Below are positions 7,584 through 16,417 of a stretch of 29,515 nt of DNA, in pieces. The first letter of the stretch is position 1. Each line of letters opens with the position of its first letter. The stretch spans positions 1 through 29,515 of the forward strand of contig CAZHDX010000002.1 in assembly GCA_964531195.1 (NCBI GenBank), written 5' to 3'. The stretch is from an uncultured Nitrosopumilaceae archaeon. GTDB taxonomy: Archaea > Thermoproteota > Nitrososphaeria > Nitrososphaerales > Nitrosopumilaceae. A model generated the notes under the pieces. That model was given only the letters and a program-made list of their open reading frames with translations. It was not told where the DNA came from and did not search any database. Both the position numbers and the translations under genes were made by a program.

Positions 7584-9176
7584 ATGCAGATGGCTAGCGC
7601 ACAACTAAGCTTGGCTTATTTTATCAATACTTACTCCAAATATCTAATTCCTGCAATTTTATTTTTAGGCTCATTTCTGATTTATTCTTACAATTTGGAA
7701 GGACAACCTTGGCATGGTGATGAAGTAGTATATCTTAGCTGGGCAGGAAATTATATTGATCTTATAAACAAAGGTGATTTTAGTAATCCTTGTCTTCTAT
7801 CTCTTGATAATTGCAGTTCAATATATCATATTCCTGCATACGGTCTCACCTATAGTCCTGTCAGAAATTTATTGATTGGATATCCATTGGATACGAGACA
7901 ACAGGTAAGTGGTGATTTTTACCATTGGGGATGTTATTGGCAATGTGTTCAGAATTTTGATTTGCCTACGTTACAAGAGATGACAGCAGGACGTCTTCTC
8001 TCTCCACTTTTTGGAGCATTGACCATTGCAATTTCTTTTTTGATTGGAAAAATGTTTTTTAACAAACAAGTTGGAATAATTTTTTCACTTCTTTTTCTTT
8101 TCTTTGATCTTTGGTTATGGTATAGTAGAACCATAATGACAGAGGTTCATTATGTTTTTTTTAGTATGCTATCATTCTTCCTTTTGCTTTATGCATTCAA
8201 AACTGGTCAATTAAAAATTAGATATCTCGTGTTAAGTGCTATTACATTTGGATTTGCTCTGACGTCAAAGATGTTATCAGTAGAATTTGGCATATTATTT
8301 GTCGGCATTATTTTATTTGGAAATTTATTTAAAAAAGACAAGGGCTTTTCTTTGAACAAAGTAAAGATTAGAAAAACATCTATGGTTGTCTTGCTTTTTT
8401 TTGGAATTGCAGGATTGTCGTTTTTTTTGACTCTGCCTGGGTTTTATCAAGACCCTCTGCACCAAATTGCATTGACAAAAAATGACATGGATAATTATAA
8501 TCGTGATGTATGGTACATTGGATACCCCACAGTTCACAATATTCAGATAAAAAGCATAGTTGATGTTTCTCATTACGTTTTTTTCCCTCCCCTAGAATCT
8601 CTTGTAACTGTTTCTGATTCTGAACCATCTAGAAATTCTGCCTTGATTCCAATAACCTATTCTAGTATACCTATGAGCATCTTTTTTTTCGTTGGATTAG
8701 GATATCTAACCTATAGGCTAAAAAAATTCAAAAATTATCCACAAGAAGGTCTACTCTTGGTCTGGTTTGTCAGTACATTTTTTTTCACACTTTTAATGGC
8801 AAAAGATTTCTCGCTTGAAAGATATCTTTTGCCCTTTTTGGTGTCAGTTATTTTTATTGCATCTTATGGATTCTGGCATTTTATAAACAGATTACTTCTT
8901 TACAAAACAAAATTTGTTTTTTCAGCATGTTTTGTCATTACTCATTCCGTTGTGGCGTTGTCATCTTGGCAAGAACTCTATTTTTCTCCTAGCATGAAAT
9001 GGACGAATCCGCTTTCCTTTGGAACCTTGCAGAGCTCCTTTGACAATGCTATTACAATTATTGTTAATTCGCTATTTTTAGGATTTTTAATTATTATAGT
9101 TATTATAAAATTGCAAAGGAGAGACAGTCATACCGTAATCTCTAAATCTACCTCTACTGCAAATCAAGAGAAATGA
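7584..9176 (+). CDS. Polytopic membrane glycosyltransferase (GT-C fold; ArnT/PMT GT39-like)
   Basis: Acidic 'HGDE' motif after TM1, GRLLS.LFG..T, SR.IMTE...FF, ALTSK and ERYLLP motifs; about 12 hydrophobic segments. Confidence 0.85.
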   Translation: MQMASAQLSLAYFINTYSKYLIPAILFLGSFLIYSYNLEGQPWHGDEVVYLSWAGNYIDLINKGDFSNPCLLSLDNCSSIYHIPAYGLTYSPVRNLLIGYPLDTRQQVSGDFYHWGCYWQCVQNFDLPTLQEMTAGRLLSPLFGALTIAISFLIGKMFFNKQVGIIFSLLFLFFDLWLWYSRTIMTEVHYVFFSMLSFFLLLYAFKTGQLKIRYLVLSAITFGFALTSKMLSVEFGILFVGIILFGNLFKKDKGFSLNKVKIRKTSMVVLLFFGIAGLSFFLTLPGFYQDPLHQIALTKNDMDNYNRDVWYIGYPTVHNIQIKSIVDVSHYVFFPPLESLVTVSDSEPSRNSALIPITYSSIPMSIFFFVGLGYLTYRLKKFKNYPQEGLLLVWFVSTFFFTLLMAKDFSLERYLLPFLVSVIFIASYGFWHFINRLLLYKTKFVFSACFVITHSVVALSSWQELYFSPSMKWTNPLSFGTLQSSFDNAITIIVNSLFLGFLIIIVIIKLQRRDSHTVISKSTSTANQEK

Positions 9177-9760
9177 AAGGCCCATATTTTTCAATAATTT
9201 TTATTTTTTGCATAGTAACTGTGAATATTGTTTTACCAGAGGTTTTTGCAGATGTCAAAGGAGTTCCCTTTCAACTGAAAATCAACCAAACAACATCCTT
9301 AGAGTCTAACGCTATCAAGATTACATTTTTGAATGTAACCTCAGATTCTAGATGTCCCTCTGATGTTACATGTATCTGGCAGGGTGAAGCCAAGATCTTT
9401 GTCAACATAATAAAAGACAATAATGATTTAGGTAACTTCAATCTAACAAGCAGAGCTGGAGCACAAGATCTTGCAATCCAATCTTTTGATGGACATTCAA
9501 TCCAATTGGTAACAATCGATCCCTATCCATCAAGCAAGAAGCAAATATTGCCCTCCGATTATACTGCAACTTTTATAGTTTCAAAAACAGGTCTCTTGTC
9601 TCCTCTAAAACAATTCAAGTCCGGAGTTGATTCAAAAGACATCCAATGCAGAGAGGGTCTTAGACTTGTGCTCAAGGCTGAAAATAACACTCCAGCCTGT
9701 GTAATGCCAACAAGCGCTCAAAAACTAGCAGACCGTGGATGGGCATTGCCGATAGCATAA
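9173..9760 (+). CDS. Secreted protein with a 'DSRCP.DV.CIW.G.A' domain and a C-terminal PLKQ-C-C-RGW module
   Basis: Signal peptide ending ...VFA; ATGA overlap with the upstream stop; module at 9599-9745. Confidence 0.8.
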   Translation: MKGPYFSIIFIFCIVTVNIVLPEVFADVKGVPFQLKINQTTSLESNAIKITFLNVTSDSRCPSDVTCIWQGEAKIFVNIIKDNNDLGNFNLTSRAGAQDLAIQSFDGHSIQLVTIDPYPSSKKQILPSDYTATFIVSKTGLLSPLKQFKSGVDSKDIQCREGLRLVLKAENNTPACVMPTSAQKLADRGWALPIA

Positions 9761-9782
9761 TGTATGAATTCAAAGAACCTAA

Positions 9783-10334
9783 TTAGATAAAAAATGGTCT
9801 TTGCTCATATTGTTTCAAAATTTCATTTATTCCATCGATGATTTTTTGAATCCCTGGGACTTTAGATTTGTTTTGTATCAAATCAGGTTTTATTATATTA
9901 AGATAATGAATTTTCTTTTTTATCACTTTTATTCTCTTTGATTTTGATATTGGCAAGTTTCTGATGTCTTTAAGATTTGCAGAAATGTCGCAAAGTTTGA
10001 TTAGTTTTGCCTCCCATGATGCTTGTTGCAATTGTTTTACATATTGTTGCTCTTGCTGTCCTTTAGGCAAGTTTTTATCTTTTGTCAATGACAAAACTAG
10101 GACTGCTATTTTGCTACCAAATATCTGCTCAATGTCATCAAATGTTGAGTTTGTATCTTTGATAGTATCATGTAACCAAGCAGCAGATAAAATATCATCA
10201 TCAGCCATTCCAAGATTTTTTAGTCGATTTACCACATTTTCAAGATGATTATAGTAAGGAGTCATTCCATCCTTTCTTTTCATTCCAAGATATTTTTCTT
10301 TAGCATAAAGTTCTGCATTTTCCAGTTTTCCCAT
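9783..10334 (-). CDS. HD-domain protein, Mesh1/small alarmone hydrolase-like (HD_4); the HDxxED motif reads HDTIKD
   Basis: RK.G..PY..H...V, AAWLHDT, V..LTKD and KLCD..NL motifs of RelA/SpoT hydrolase domains. Confidence 0.85.
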   Translation of the reverse strand: MGKLENAELYAKEKYLGMKRKDGMTPYYNHLENVVNRLKNLGMADDDILSAAWLHDTIKDTNSTFDDIEQIFGSKIAVLVLSLTKDKNLPKGQQEQQYVKQLQQASWEAKLIKLCDISANLKDIRNLPISKSKRIKVIKKKIHYLNIIKPDLIQNKSKVPGIQKIIDGINEILKQYEQRPFFI

Positions 10335-10358
10335 CTCTTTTCTTAAAATATATTAAAA

Positions 10359-12818
10359 TCAAAAAGATTTTGATCGCTTGCTTGGAGGAATCCATCTTTT
10401 CAGTATCAGTGAACTACTTGTAACAGAGACTGAACTAGCTGCCATTGCGAGTCCTGCAAGAGCTGGATAAAGCAATCCAAATCCAGCAATTGGTATTAGA
10501 ATTGCATTATATACAAAAGCGTAAAAGAGATTTTGCTTTATCTTCAATACCGTCTTTTTACTTATCTCAATTGCAGTAATTACATCTTTAAGATCATCTC
10601 GCAAAAGAATTACGTTTCCTGCTTCTATTGCAATATCAGAACCACATCCTATAGTGATGCCAACATCGGCCTGAGTGAGAGCAGCTGCATCGTTTATACC
10701 GTCTCCGACCATAGCAATCTCCTTTCCTTGCTTTTGGAGCTGTTTAATTACATCAACCTTTTGAGAAGGAAGAACGTTTGCAATTATTCTATCGATTTCA
10801 AGTTCCTTTGCAATTGTCTTGGCAGCCCTTTCATTGTCACCTGTTAGCATCACTACCTCCATACCCATCTTTTTCAATTTCTGCAATGTTTCCTTGGAAC
10901 TACTTTTTGGTGGATCAAATAGAGCAATTATGCCAACTAGTTCTCTGTCAAGTGCAACCAATACTGCAGTCTTTCCTTGTTCTTGCAATTTCTCAATCGA
11001 ACTCTCTGCTGTTTTTACATTGACATTGTTTTCTTGCATGAATACCGTATTTCCGACAAGAATGGTGATTTTATTGAAAACTGTTTTTACTCCTTTTCCC
11101 GGATTTGAAAAAAAATCTGTTGAATCAGAAATTTGAAGTCCAAATTCTTTTGCTTTTTGCACAATTGACTTTGCAATAGGATGTTCCGAGTTTTTTTCAG
11201 CAATAGCTCCAAGCTTAAGCATTTCATTAATGTTATTGTCATCACCAGATGCTTGCGTTATTTGTCTTAATGATATCAAATCAGTAACTTGAGGTGATCC
11301 TTGTGTTAGTGTGCCTGTCTTGTCAAAGACTGTTGTCTTTATTTTTCCTAGGATCTCAAGCGCCTCACCTCCCTTGAATATCACACCATTTTGAGCACTC
11401 TTACTCATTCCGACCATGACTGCAGTGGGTGTTGCAAGACCCAATGCGCAGGGGCATGCCACCACAAGTATTGCTACTGACGGGATCAATGCTGTTGCAA
11501 TAAGATGTGCATCTGCAGTTGATGTAAAATACCAACCTAGGAATGCAGCAAAGGCAGTTGCCATTACTATGAACGCAAAATATCCTGCAACTTTGTCGAC
11601 TAGTCTCTGCATGGGTGGTTTTCTTCCCATGGCTTCTTCTACAAGTTTTACAATTTGGGCAAGCATTGTATCACTACCGACTTTTGTTACATTTACAACA
11701 AGGACTCCTTCGCGATTGATGGTTCCGCCAATTACAGCATCTCCAGCTTTTTTATTTACAGGTATGAATTCACCTGTGATCATAGATTCATCAACAGCTG
11801 AATTCCCTTCAAGGACTATACTATCTACAGGGATCTTCTCTCCTGGCCTTATAGTAACTACATCACCAATCCTGAGTTGATCTATTGGTACGTCAATTTC
11901 TTGGCCATTTTTTGTCATTCTTGTTGTCTTTGGCTGAAGTTCTAACATTTTCCTTATAATTGAGGAAGCTTTTCCCTTGGTTTTGTTTTCAAGATATTTT
12001 CCTAAAATTATAAAAGTGATCACGAATGCAGCTGCATCATAGTAGAGATTGTGCCATGTTAATACTGGAAATGTGTTGAAAACGCTAAACAAATACGCAG
12101 CAGTGGTCCCAACCACTACTAGAGTATCCATATTAGCAGATTTCATTCTTGATATTCTGTAAGCTCCGATGTAGAACCTACTACCGCTTGCAAACTGGAC
12201 TACACTTGCACACACAAAAACAACATAGGCAGCAGTTGAAGTTCCTGCAAGTGGAATGAATCCTAGATATTCTGGGTAACCAAAAATCAATATGGGTATT
12301 GTAAATACGATTCCAATCAGAAACAATTTCTTGAGCTTTTTTGCTTCCAATTCTTCAGTGGATGTGGCCAGGTCCTCGCTTATGATTTGGTAGCCATTTC
12401 TGCAGATTATCTGTCTTATATCTGAGAGAGACAATAGCGCTTGATTATATTCTACTAGAACTTGGCCGTTTCCGAAATTTACAAAAGCATTTTTTATACC
12501 TTCAAGTTCTTTTAATCTAGTTTCAAGCGTAGCTGCATCACTTGAATCAGTCATATTGATTATTTTTGCTGATAATTTCTCATAAACTACATTATATCCT
12601 GCATCTTGAACAGCACTTTCAATATCAGACAAGTTTACTATCAAGGGATCAAATTCTAATGTTGCTTTTTCTGCTGCCAAGTTTACTTCGCATTTTTTTA
12701 TTCCATCCAATCCCATGAGATAATTTTGAATAGAGTTTACACATCCGGCACAATGCATGCCACTTATCTTAATGGCAGTTCGTTTTGTTTGGAATTCTGC
12801 AGGTACGTTCTTTATCAC
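10359..12818 (-). CDS. copA: Cu(I)-translocating P1B-type ATPase
   Basis: N-terminal GMHCAGC HMA domain, TGE actuator motif, CPC in the membrane, DKTGTLT phosphorylation site, EHP, GDGINDA, and the YN and MAASS signatures of P1B-1 ATPases. Confidence 0.95.
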   Translation of the reverse strand: MIKNVPAEFQTKRTAIKISGMHCAGCVNSIQNYLMGLDGIKKCEVNLAAEKATLEFDPLIVNLSDIESAVQDAGYNVVYEKLSAKIINMTDSSDAATLETRLKELEGIKNAFVNFGNGQVLVEYNQALLSLSDIRQIICRNGYQIISEDLATSTEELEAKKLKKLFLIGIVFTIPILIFGYPEYLGFIPLAGTSTAAYVVFVCASVVQFASGSRFYIGAYRISRMKSANMDTLVVVGTTAAYLFSVFNTFPVLTWHNLYYDAAAFVITFIILGKYLENKTKGKASSIIRKMLELQPKTTRMTKNGQEIDVPIDQLRIGDVVTIRPGEKIPVDSIVLEGNSAVDESMITGEFIPVNKKAGDAVIGGTINREGVLVVNVTKVGSDTMLAQIVKLVEEAMGRKPPMQRLVDKVAGYFAFIVMATAFAAFLGWYFTSTADAHLIATALIPSVAILVVACPCALGLATPTAVMVGMSKSAQNGVIFKGGEALEILGKIKTTVFDKTGTLTQGSPQVTDLISLRQITQASGDDNNINEMLKLGAIAEKNSEHPIAKSIVQKAKEFGLQISDSTDFFSNPGKGVKTVFNKITILVGNTVFMQENNVNVKTAESSIEKLQEQGKTAVLVALDRELVGIIALFDPPKSSSKETLQKLKKMGMEVVMLTGDNERAAKTIAKELEIDRIIANVLPSQKVDVIKQLQKQGKEIAMVGDGINDAAALTQADVGITIGCGSDIAIEAGNVILLRDDLKDVITAIEISKKTVLKIKQNLFYAFVYNAILIPIAGFGLLYPALAGLAMAASSVSVTSSSLILKRWIPPSKRSKSF

Positions 12819-12865
12819 TCAACTCACAATAGAATAATAACCAAACGGGTATACTTAATTTTGGT

Positions 12866-12883
12866 ACTTTACAATTGTAAAGT
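12866..12883. promoter_or_regulatory. Perfect 18-bp palindrome ACTTTACAATTGTAAAGT, the likely operator in the divergent copA/regulator promoter
   Basis: Exact self-complementarity in a 94-nt intergenic region, between TATA-like elements facing each direction. Confidence 0.7.
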
Positions 12884-12912
12884 GTATAATAGAGATAGAT
12901 CTTCTAGAAATT

Positions 12913-13335
12913 ATGCCGCTAAAATTGGATGAAACTGACATTGCGATACTAGAATCACTTCTCAAAGATGGAAGAAAGTCATTTAGGCAGGTATCAAGGG
13001 AGATAAATGTAAGCACCCCCACTGTAAAGACCCGATATCAGAGACTCGTCAATATAGGTCTGATAAAGGCTGTCTTGCCTGATATTGATTTAGGAAAACT
13101 AGAAGAAAAGACTAGCAGTAAGTTAGACTACATTCGCGAGAAGACAATCAAGAAGCATCCAATAAAACTTGACAAGGGAACTCTTGTGAAGCTTTCGTGT
13201 GATTATTGCAAGGGATCTGTACACGGAAAACCAAGCATACTAAAAATTGCAAATTTGGAGAGGTTTTTTTGTTGTACATCTTGTAGGTCTTTGTATCAAG
13301 AAAAATACAAGAGAAGGATTGAATCTCTGAAATAA
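12913..13335 (+). CDS. AsnC/Lrp-type HTH regulator with a C-terminal TRASH/YHS metal-binding domain (archaeal CopR/CopT-like)
   Basis: LDETD..IL..L.KDGRKSF...SR...VS.PTV..RY.RL HTH, then CDYC...RFFCCTSC; divergent from copA. Confidence 0.85.
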   Translation: MPLKLDETDIAILESLLKDGRKSFRQVSREINVSTPTVKTRYQRLVNIGLIKAVLPDIDLGKLEEKTSSKLDYIREKTIKKHPIKLDKGTLVKLSCDYCKGSVHGKPSILKIANLERFFCCTSCRSLYQEKYKRRIESLK

Positions 13336-13656
13336 TGAACTAATTTGAATGTCTTATTTTAACCTGATACCCTATTTGCAAAGGGATTGTTTTTCGAATC
13401 ATATTAATTGACAAATCTTTTTCAATTCATTTGTCTAAATATCATATGGATTATTGTTCAATGGACAAAATTTCAGATTGTGGTACTTCGTCGTTTTTAT
13501 CCATGTGAACTTTTAGTCGCTGTGGGTAACAACTCATAACTAAATATGACTAGACGTTGACAATAACACGAGTGTGTATTTGTCAATAACATACAAATTA
13601 TGAACAAAATTTGCAAATTTATAAAGCATTAAAAACTCATCTTGTTACAATTACAC

Positions 13657-13902
13657 ATGAGTTCTGATCATGATTCTCAGATAGAAAACATAGCCTCTCA
13701 GATAGTGTCTGATAGAATTTCACTTGATGAACAAGACCCAAAGAAATTACAAAAATATTATGATTATGCAAAAAATCACTTTAAATTACAAGAAGATTTT
13801 GCGATCCAACTAGTAAATGAAGCCTTTTTGTATCTGAAATTAAAAAGCTCAGATTTTGATCCTCTGCAACAGGGAGATAAATTTGGGGCTGGGTTTAGCT
13901 AA
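13657..13902 (+). CDS. Small acidic hypothetical protein (about 81 aa)
   Basis: ATG at 13657 about 30 nt after TTTATAAA; clean ORF with typical codon usage. Confidence 0.75.
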   Translation: MSSDHDSQIENIASQIVSDRISLDEQDPKKLQKYYDYAKNHFKLQEDFAIQLVNEAFLYLKLKSSDFDPLQQGDKFGAGFS

Positions 13903-13962
13903 GTAATATCATAAAAATTCTGATCATTCAATTTTTATCTGAGTGAAATTTTCATTTAATTA

Positions 13963-14493
13963 TTGTCTGTTGATTTGATAAATTCCGTCAAAAAACTCAT
14001 TGATTTAGGCAAAGGAGATCCTGGCAGACTCGAATACATACTTGATATGCTAACAAATGACAGAATACTACCTTTATCTGATCAGAAATATTTAGAAAAC
14101 ATACTTTCTCTTAATTTTGAGGAAAAAGGCGTCCTAGAAACAAAAAATGATTTGGCAGTAGAAAATTTGCAAAAACAAGTACAAGATCTCAGTCAAAAGC
14201 TTGCAATTCTTGAGAAAAAAGGGTTTGAGAAATATATCGGCAAAAAAACTATATTATTTTTTATAACAGTTTTTGTTGGCTGGAATGCTTTAGCCTCAAT
14301 CATTTCCGTATTTTTCGATTTATTTCTACCAGATACCACAATAGAGAATCTTTTTCCTTTAAACTTGGTTGAAAAATACCTTGATTTTTCCATAGTAGAG
14401 TTTGTATTTACTGCTCTGATTTTTGCATGGGTCTTTATTGGCTTTATCCATCTTGTAAGATTCATCAAGTCAAGAAAAATTTCTAACATTTAG
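13963..14493 (+). CDS. Membrane protein with an N-terminal 'GDPGRLEYIL...SDQKYLE' domain, a coiled coil and two TM segments
   Basis: 176-aa ORF with hydrophobic segments ILFFITVFVGWNALASIISVFF and FVFTALIFAWVFIGFIHLV. Confidence 0.75.
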   Translation: MSVDLINSVKKLIDLGKGDPGRLEYILDMLTNDRILPLSDQKYLENILSLNFEEKGVLETKNDLAVENLQKQVQDLSQKLAILEKKGFEKYIGKKTILFFITVFVGWNALASIISVFFDLFLPDTTIENLFPLNLVEKYLDFSIVEFVFTALIFAWVFIGFIHLVRFIKSRKISNI

Positions 14494-14497
14494 AAAA

Positions 14498-14517
14498 TTG
14501 ATTTTGATTAAAATCAA
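14498..14517. terminator. Hairpin between convergent genes, possibly a bidirectional terminator
   Basis: TTGATTTT-gatt-AAAATCAA, 8-bp arms inside the 31-nt gap between stops at 14493 and 14525. Confidence 0.5.
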
Positions 14518-14524
14518 CAACGTG

Positions 14525-15031
14525 TTATTCTAGTAGCTTTTTTAAGCTCTGAAATTGATTTGGTGTGATCTCACCTTTAGCTAGTCGTTCTTCTAATATT
14601 CGTAAACTTCGTAAATTTACTTGTTTGTCAGCTGACACTGGTGGTGATTCTTTCTTAGGCTCGGTGACAATTTGTGGTTCAGTAATAACTTTTGATTCTG
14701 CAACAACTTTTTGGACAGGTTGTTTTGGAATTTTCTTTTTTCCTATCGCCCCAACAAGTAGCAGACCTGCACCTGCAATTTCAAGTCCCATGAAAGTATA
14801 CTGCATCATGCTTATTACAACTGTTCTTGAGGGATATCCCATTTGTTTTAAAAGAGACATACCTGACGCTTGTGAGCCTCCTCCCATAAACGACATTGCA
14901 TAATGAACCATATTTGCAACCATCATGGGTGTGTACATATATCCTGGAATCGATAATAGTATAAGGAAAACACCTATCATAAATAGCAGAGTTCTCATTA
15001 TTTTTTGAAACGAGGCGTTGCTAATAATCAA
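14525..15031 (-). CDS. Membrane protein with a C-terminal SHOCT-like domain
   Basis: Two TM segments, a P/K/E-rich linker and the ending LRILEERLAKGEITPNQFQSLKKLLE. Confidence 0.8.
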   Translation of the reverse strand: MIISNASFQKIMRTLLFMIGVFLILLSIPGYMYTPMMVANMVHYAMSFMGGGSQASGMSLLKQMGYPSRTVVISMMQYTFMGLEIAGAGLLLVGAIGKKKIPKQPVQKVVAESKVITEPQIVTEPKKESPPVSADKQVNLRSLRILEERLAKGEITPNQFQSLKKLLE

Positions 15032-15105
15032 TTGTTTGTATCAATGCTATACATCTCCCTAAAACAAACCGCAATACTAAACTAATCGCGACGAGTAAAT
15101 AACGT

Positions 15106-15495
15106 GTGTCTGGATTAATTTACCCTATTTTGATTTATGACAATTTGTGCTATTCGTGCACTAGGTACGCAAAAATGGTAAATGATCTAGTGAGAAACCA
15201 ATGCACTATAGTAGGTCACTATACTCCGCTAGGTAAGGAGATCAAAAAGCAACTTTTCCCTACAGACTATGAAGGATTAGAGATGTCTTGGTTCATCATA
15301 GATGGTTACGCTAATGGAGGAAGAGCCGGGTTATTGAGATTGATTCGATACATATTGTTTGAAAGGAAGAAAGGTAAGTATCCAAAAAATGAATTTAGTC
15401 TTACAGAATGTACTACAGATTGTAAAACAGTAAAAGGTGTTTTATTTCGTTCGTCAAGTATAGTTACAATGTATAAGAAATTCAGCATACCTTAA
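15106..15495 (+). CDS. DCC1-like thiol-disulfide oxidoreductase family protein (DUF393-like)
   Basis: N-terminal ILIYDNLCYSC (DxxCxxC) motif; two further Cys near the C-terminus. Confidence 0.65.
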   Translation: MSGLIYPILIYDNLCYSCTRYAKMVNDLVRNQCTIVGHYTPLGKEIKKQLFPTDYEGLEMSWFIIDGYANGGRAGLLRLIRYILFERKKGKYPKNEFSLTECTTDCKTVKGVLFRSSSIVTMYKKFSIP

Positions 15496-15703
15496 AACTA
15501 ATAGGCCAAAGGAGAGCCCACCATACTTCTCTAGCCCACTCCAAGAGAATGTGTCTTTTTTCTGGGGTTGGAGGCGTATTGTATGCACATTCTAAAATAA
15601 AAAGATTCAATTCTAATTGGCTTGCTTATGATTCTGAATTATCTTCCTAATGAATAAATCATACAAGATGGACAAATAAAATGAGTAATTTTATGAAAAA
15701 GGA

Positions 15704-16294
15704 ATGCTTGCTATGACTCTAAAAATTCTGGGCGTTGGTTCTAGCATGAGGAAAGAATCACACAGCACAGCAGCTCTTAAGATTGCACTTGATCATGCCA
15801 AAAATATCGGTGCAGAAATCCATCTTTTGGATTTGAGAGAAGTTCAATTGCCCATGCTTTATTCAAAGACAGAAACTAACGAAATTCAACAAGCAACAAA
15901 CGATGTAGAATGGGCAGATGCATTTATTCTTGCTACTCCAGACTATCATGGGTCAATGTCTGGAACTATGAAAAATTTTCTTGATTATTTTTGGTCAGAA
16001 TTTGCAGGAAAACTTTTTGGATACATCTGTGCCTCCCACGAAAAAGGATTAACAGTAATGGACCATATGAGAACATCTGTTCGCCAATGTTATGGATGGA
16101 GTATGCCATATGGTGTTTCAGTAAGCTCAGAAGATTTTGATGAGAACGGAAATATCCAAAACAAAAGATTATCACTCCGTCTACAAATGCTTTCACGTGA
16201 TCTCTTTACTTATGGGAAATCTATTAGAGAACAATTTTTATCTGATTTAAAAAATGATGATGCTAATACTTTTACTGCACGCTATAGAAAATAA
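15704..16294 (+). CDS. NAD(P)H-dependent FMN reductase (SsuE/flavodoxin-like fold)
   Basis: ILGVGSSMR..S.S, ADAFILATPDYHGSMSG.MKNFLD and GKLFG motifs. Confidence 0.92.
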   Translation: MLAMTLKILGVGSSMRKESHSTAALKIALDHAKNIGAEIHLLDLREVQLPMLYSKTETNEIQQATNDVEWADAFILATPDYHGSMSGTMKNFLDYFWSEFAGKLFGYICASHEKGLTVMDHMRTSVRQCYGWSMPYGVSVSSEDFDENGNIQNKRLSLRLQMLSRDLFTYGKSIREQFLSDLKNDDANTFTARYRK

Positions 16295-16417
16295 AATTTA
16301 TTTTAGAAAAAATTTTTCGTCGAATACAAATTTTATTTAAAAAATATTGTCTGTAACTGTCCTAACATACAATTACAACATTTAAAAAACTATTTTCTCT
16401 ATGCATAAAACTTTAGC

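Noticed and set aside
1153-12932. Many short alternative-frame or antisense ORFs in the track (e.g. 1153-1347, 1214-1420, 3728-3925, 4382-4615, 4539-4733, 5061-5246, 5180-5422, 5266-5496, 5995-6189, 6206-6593, 6873-7228, 7949-8628, 9964-10248, 10533-11880, 12726-12932)
   Set aside because: They overlap well-supported genes, lack recognisable motifs and read like shadow translations.
13446-13508. 20-aa Cys/Met peptide MDYCSMDKISDCGTSSFLSM as a possible copper chaperone near copA
   Set aside because: It is too short, has no CxxC or HMA pattern and has no supporting promoter.
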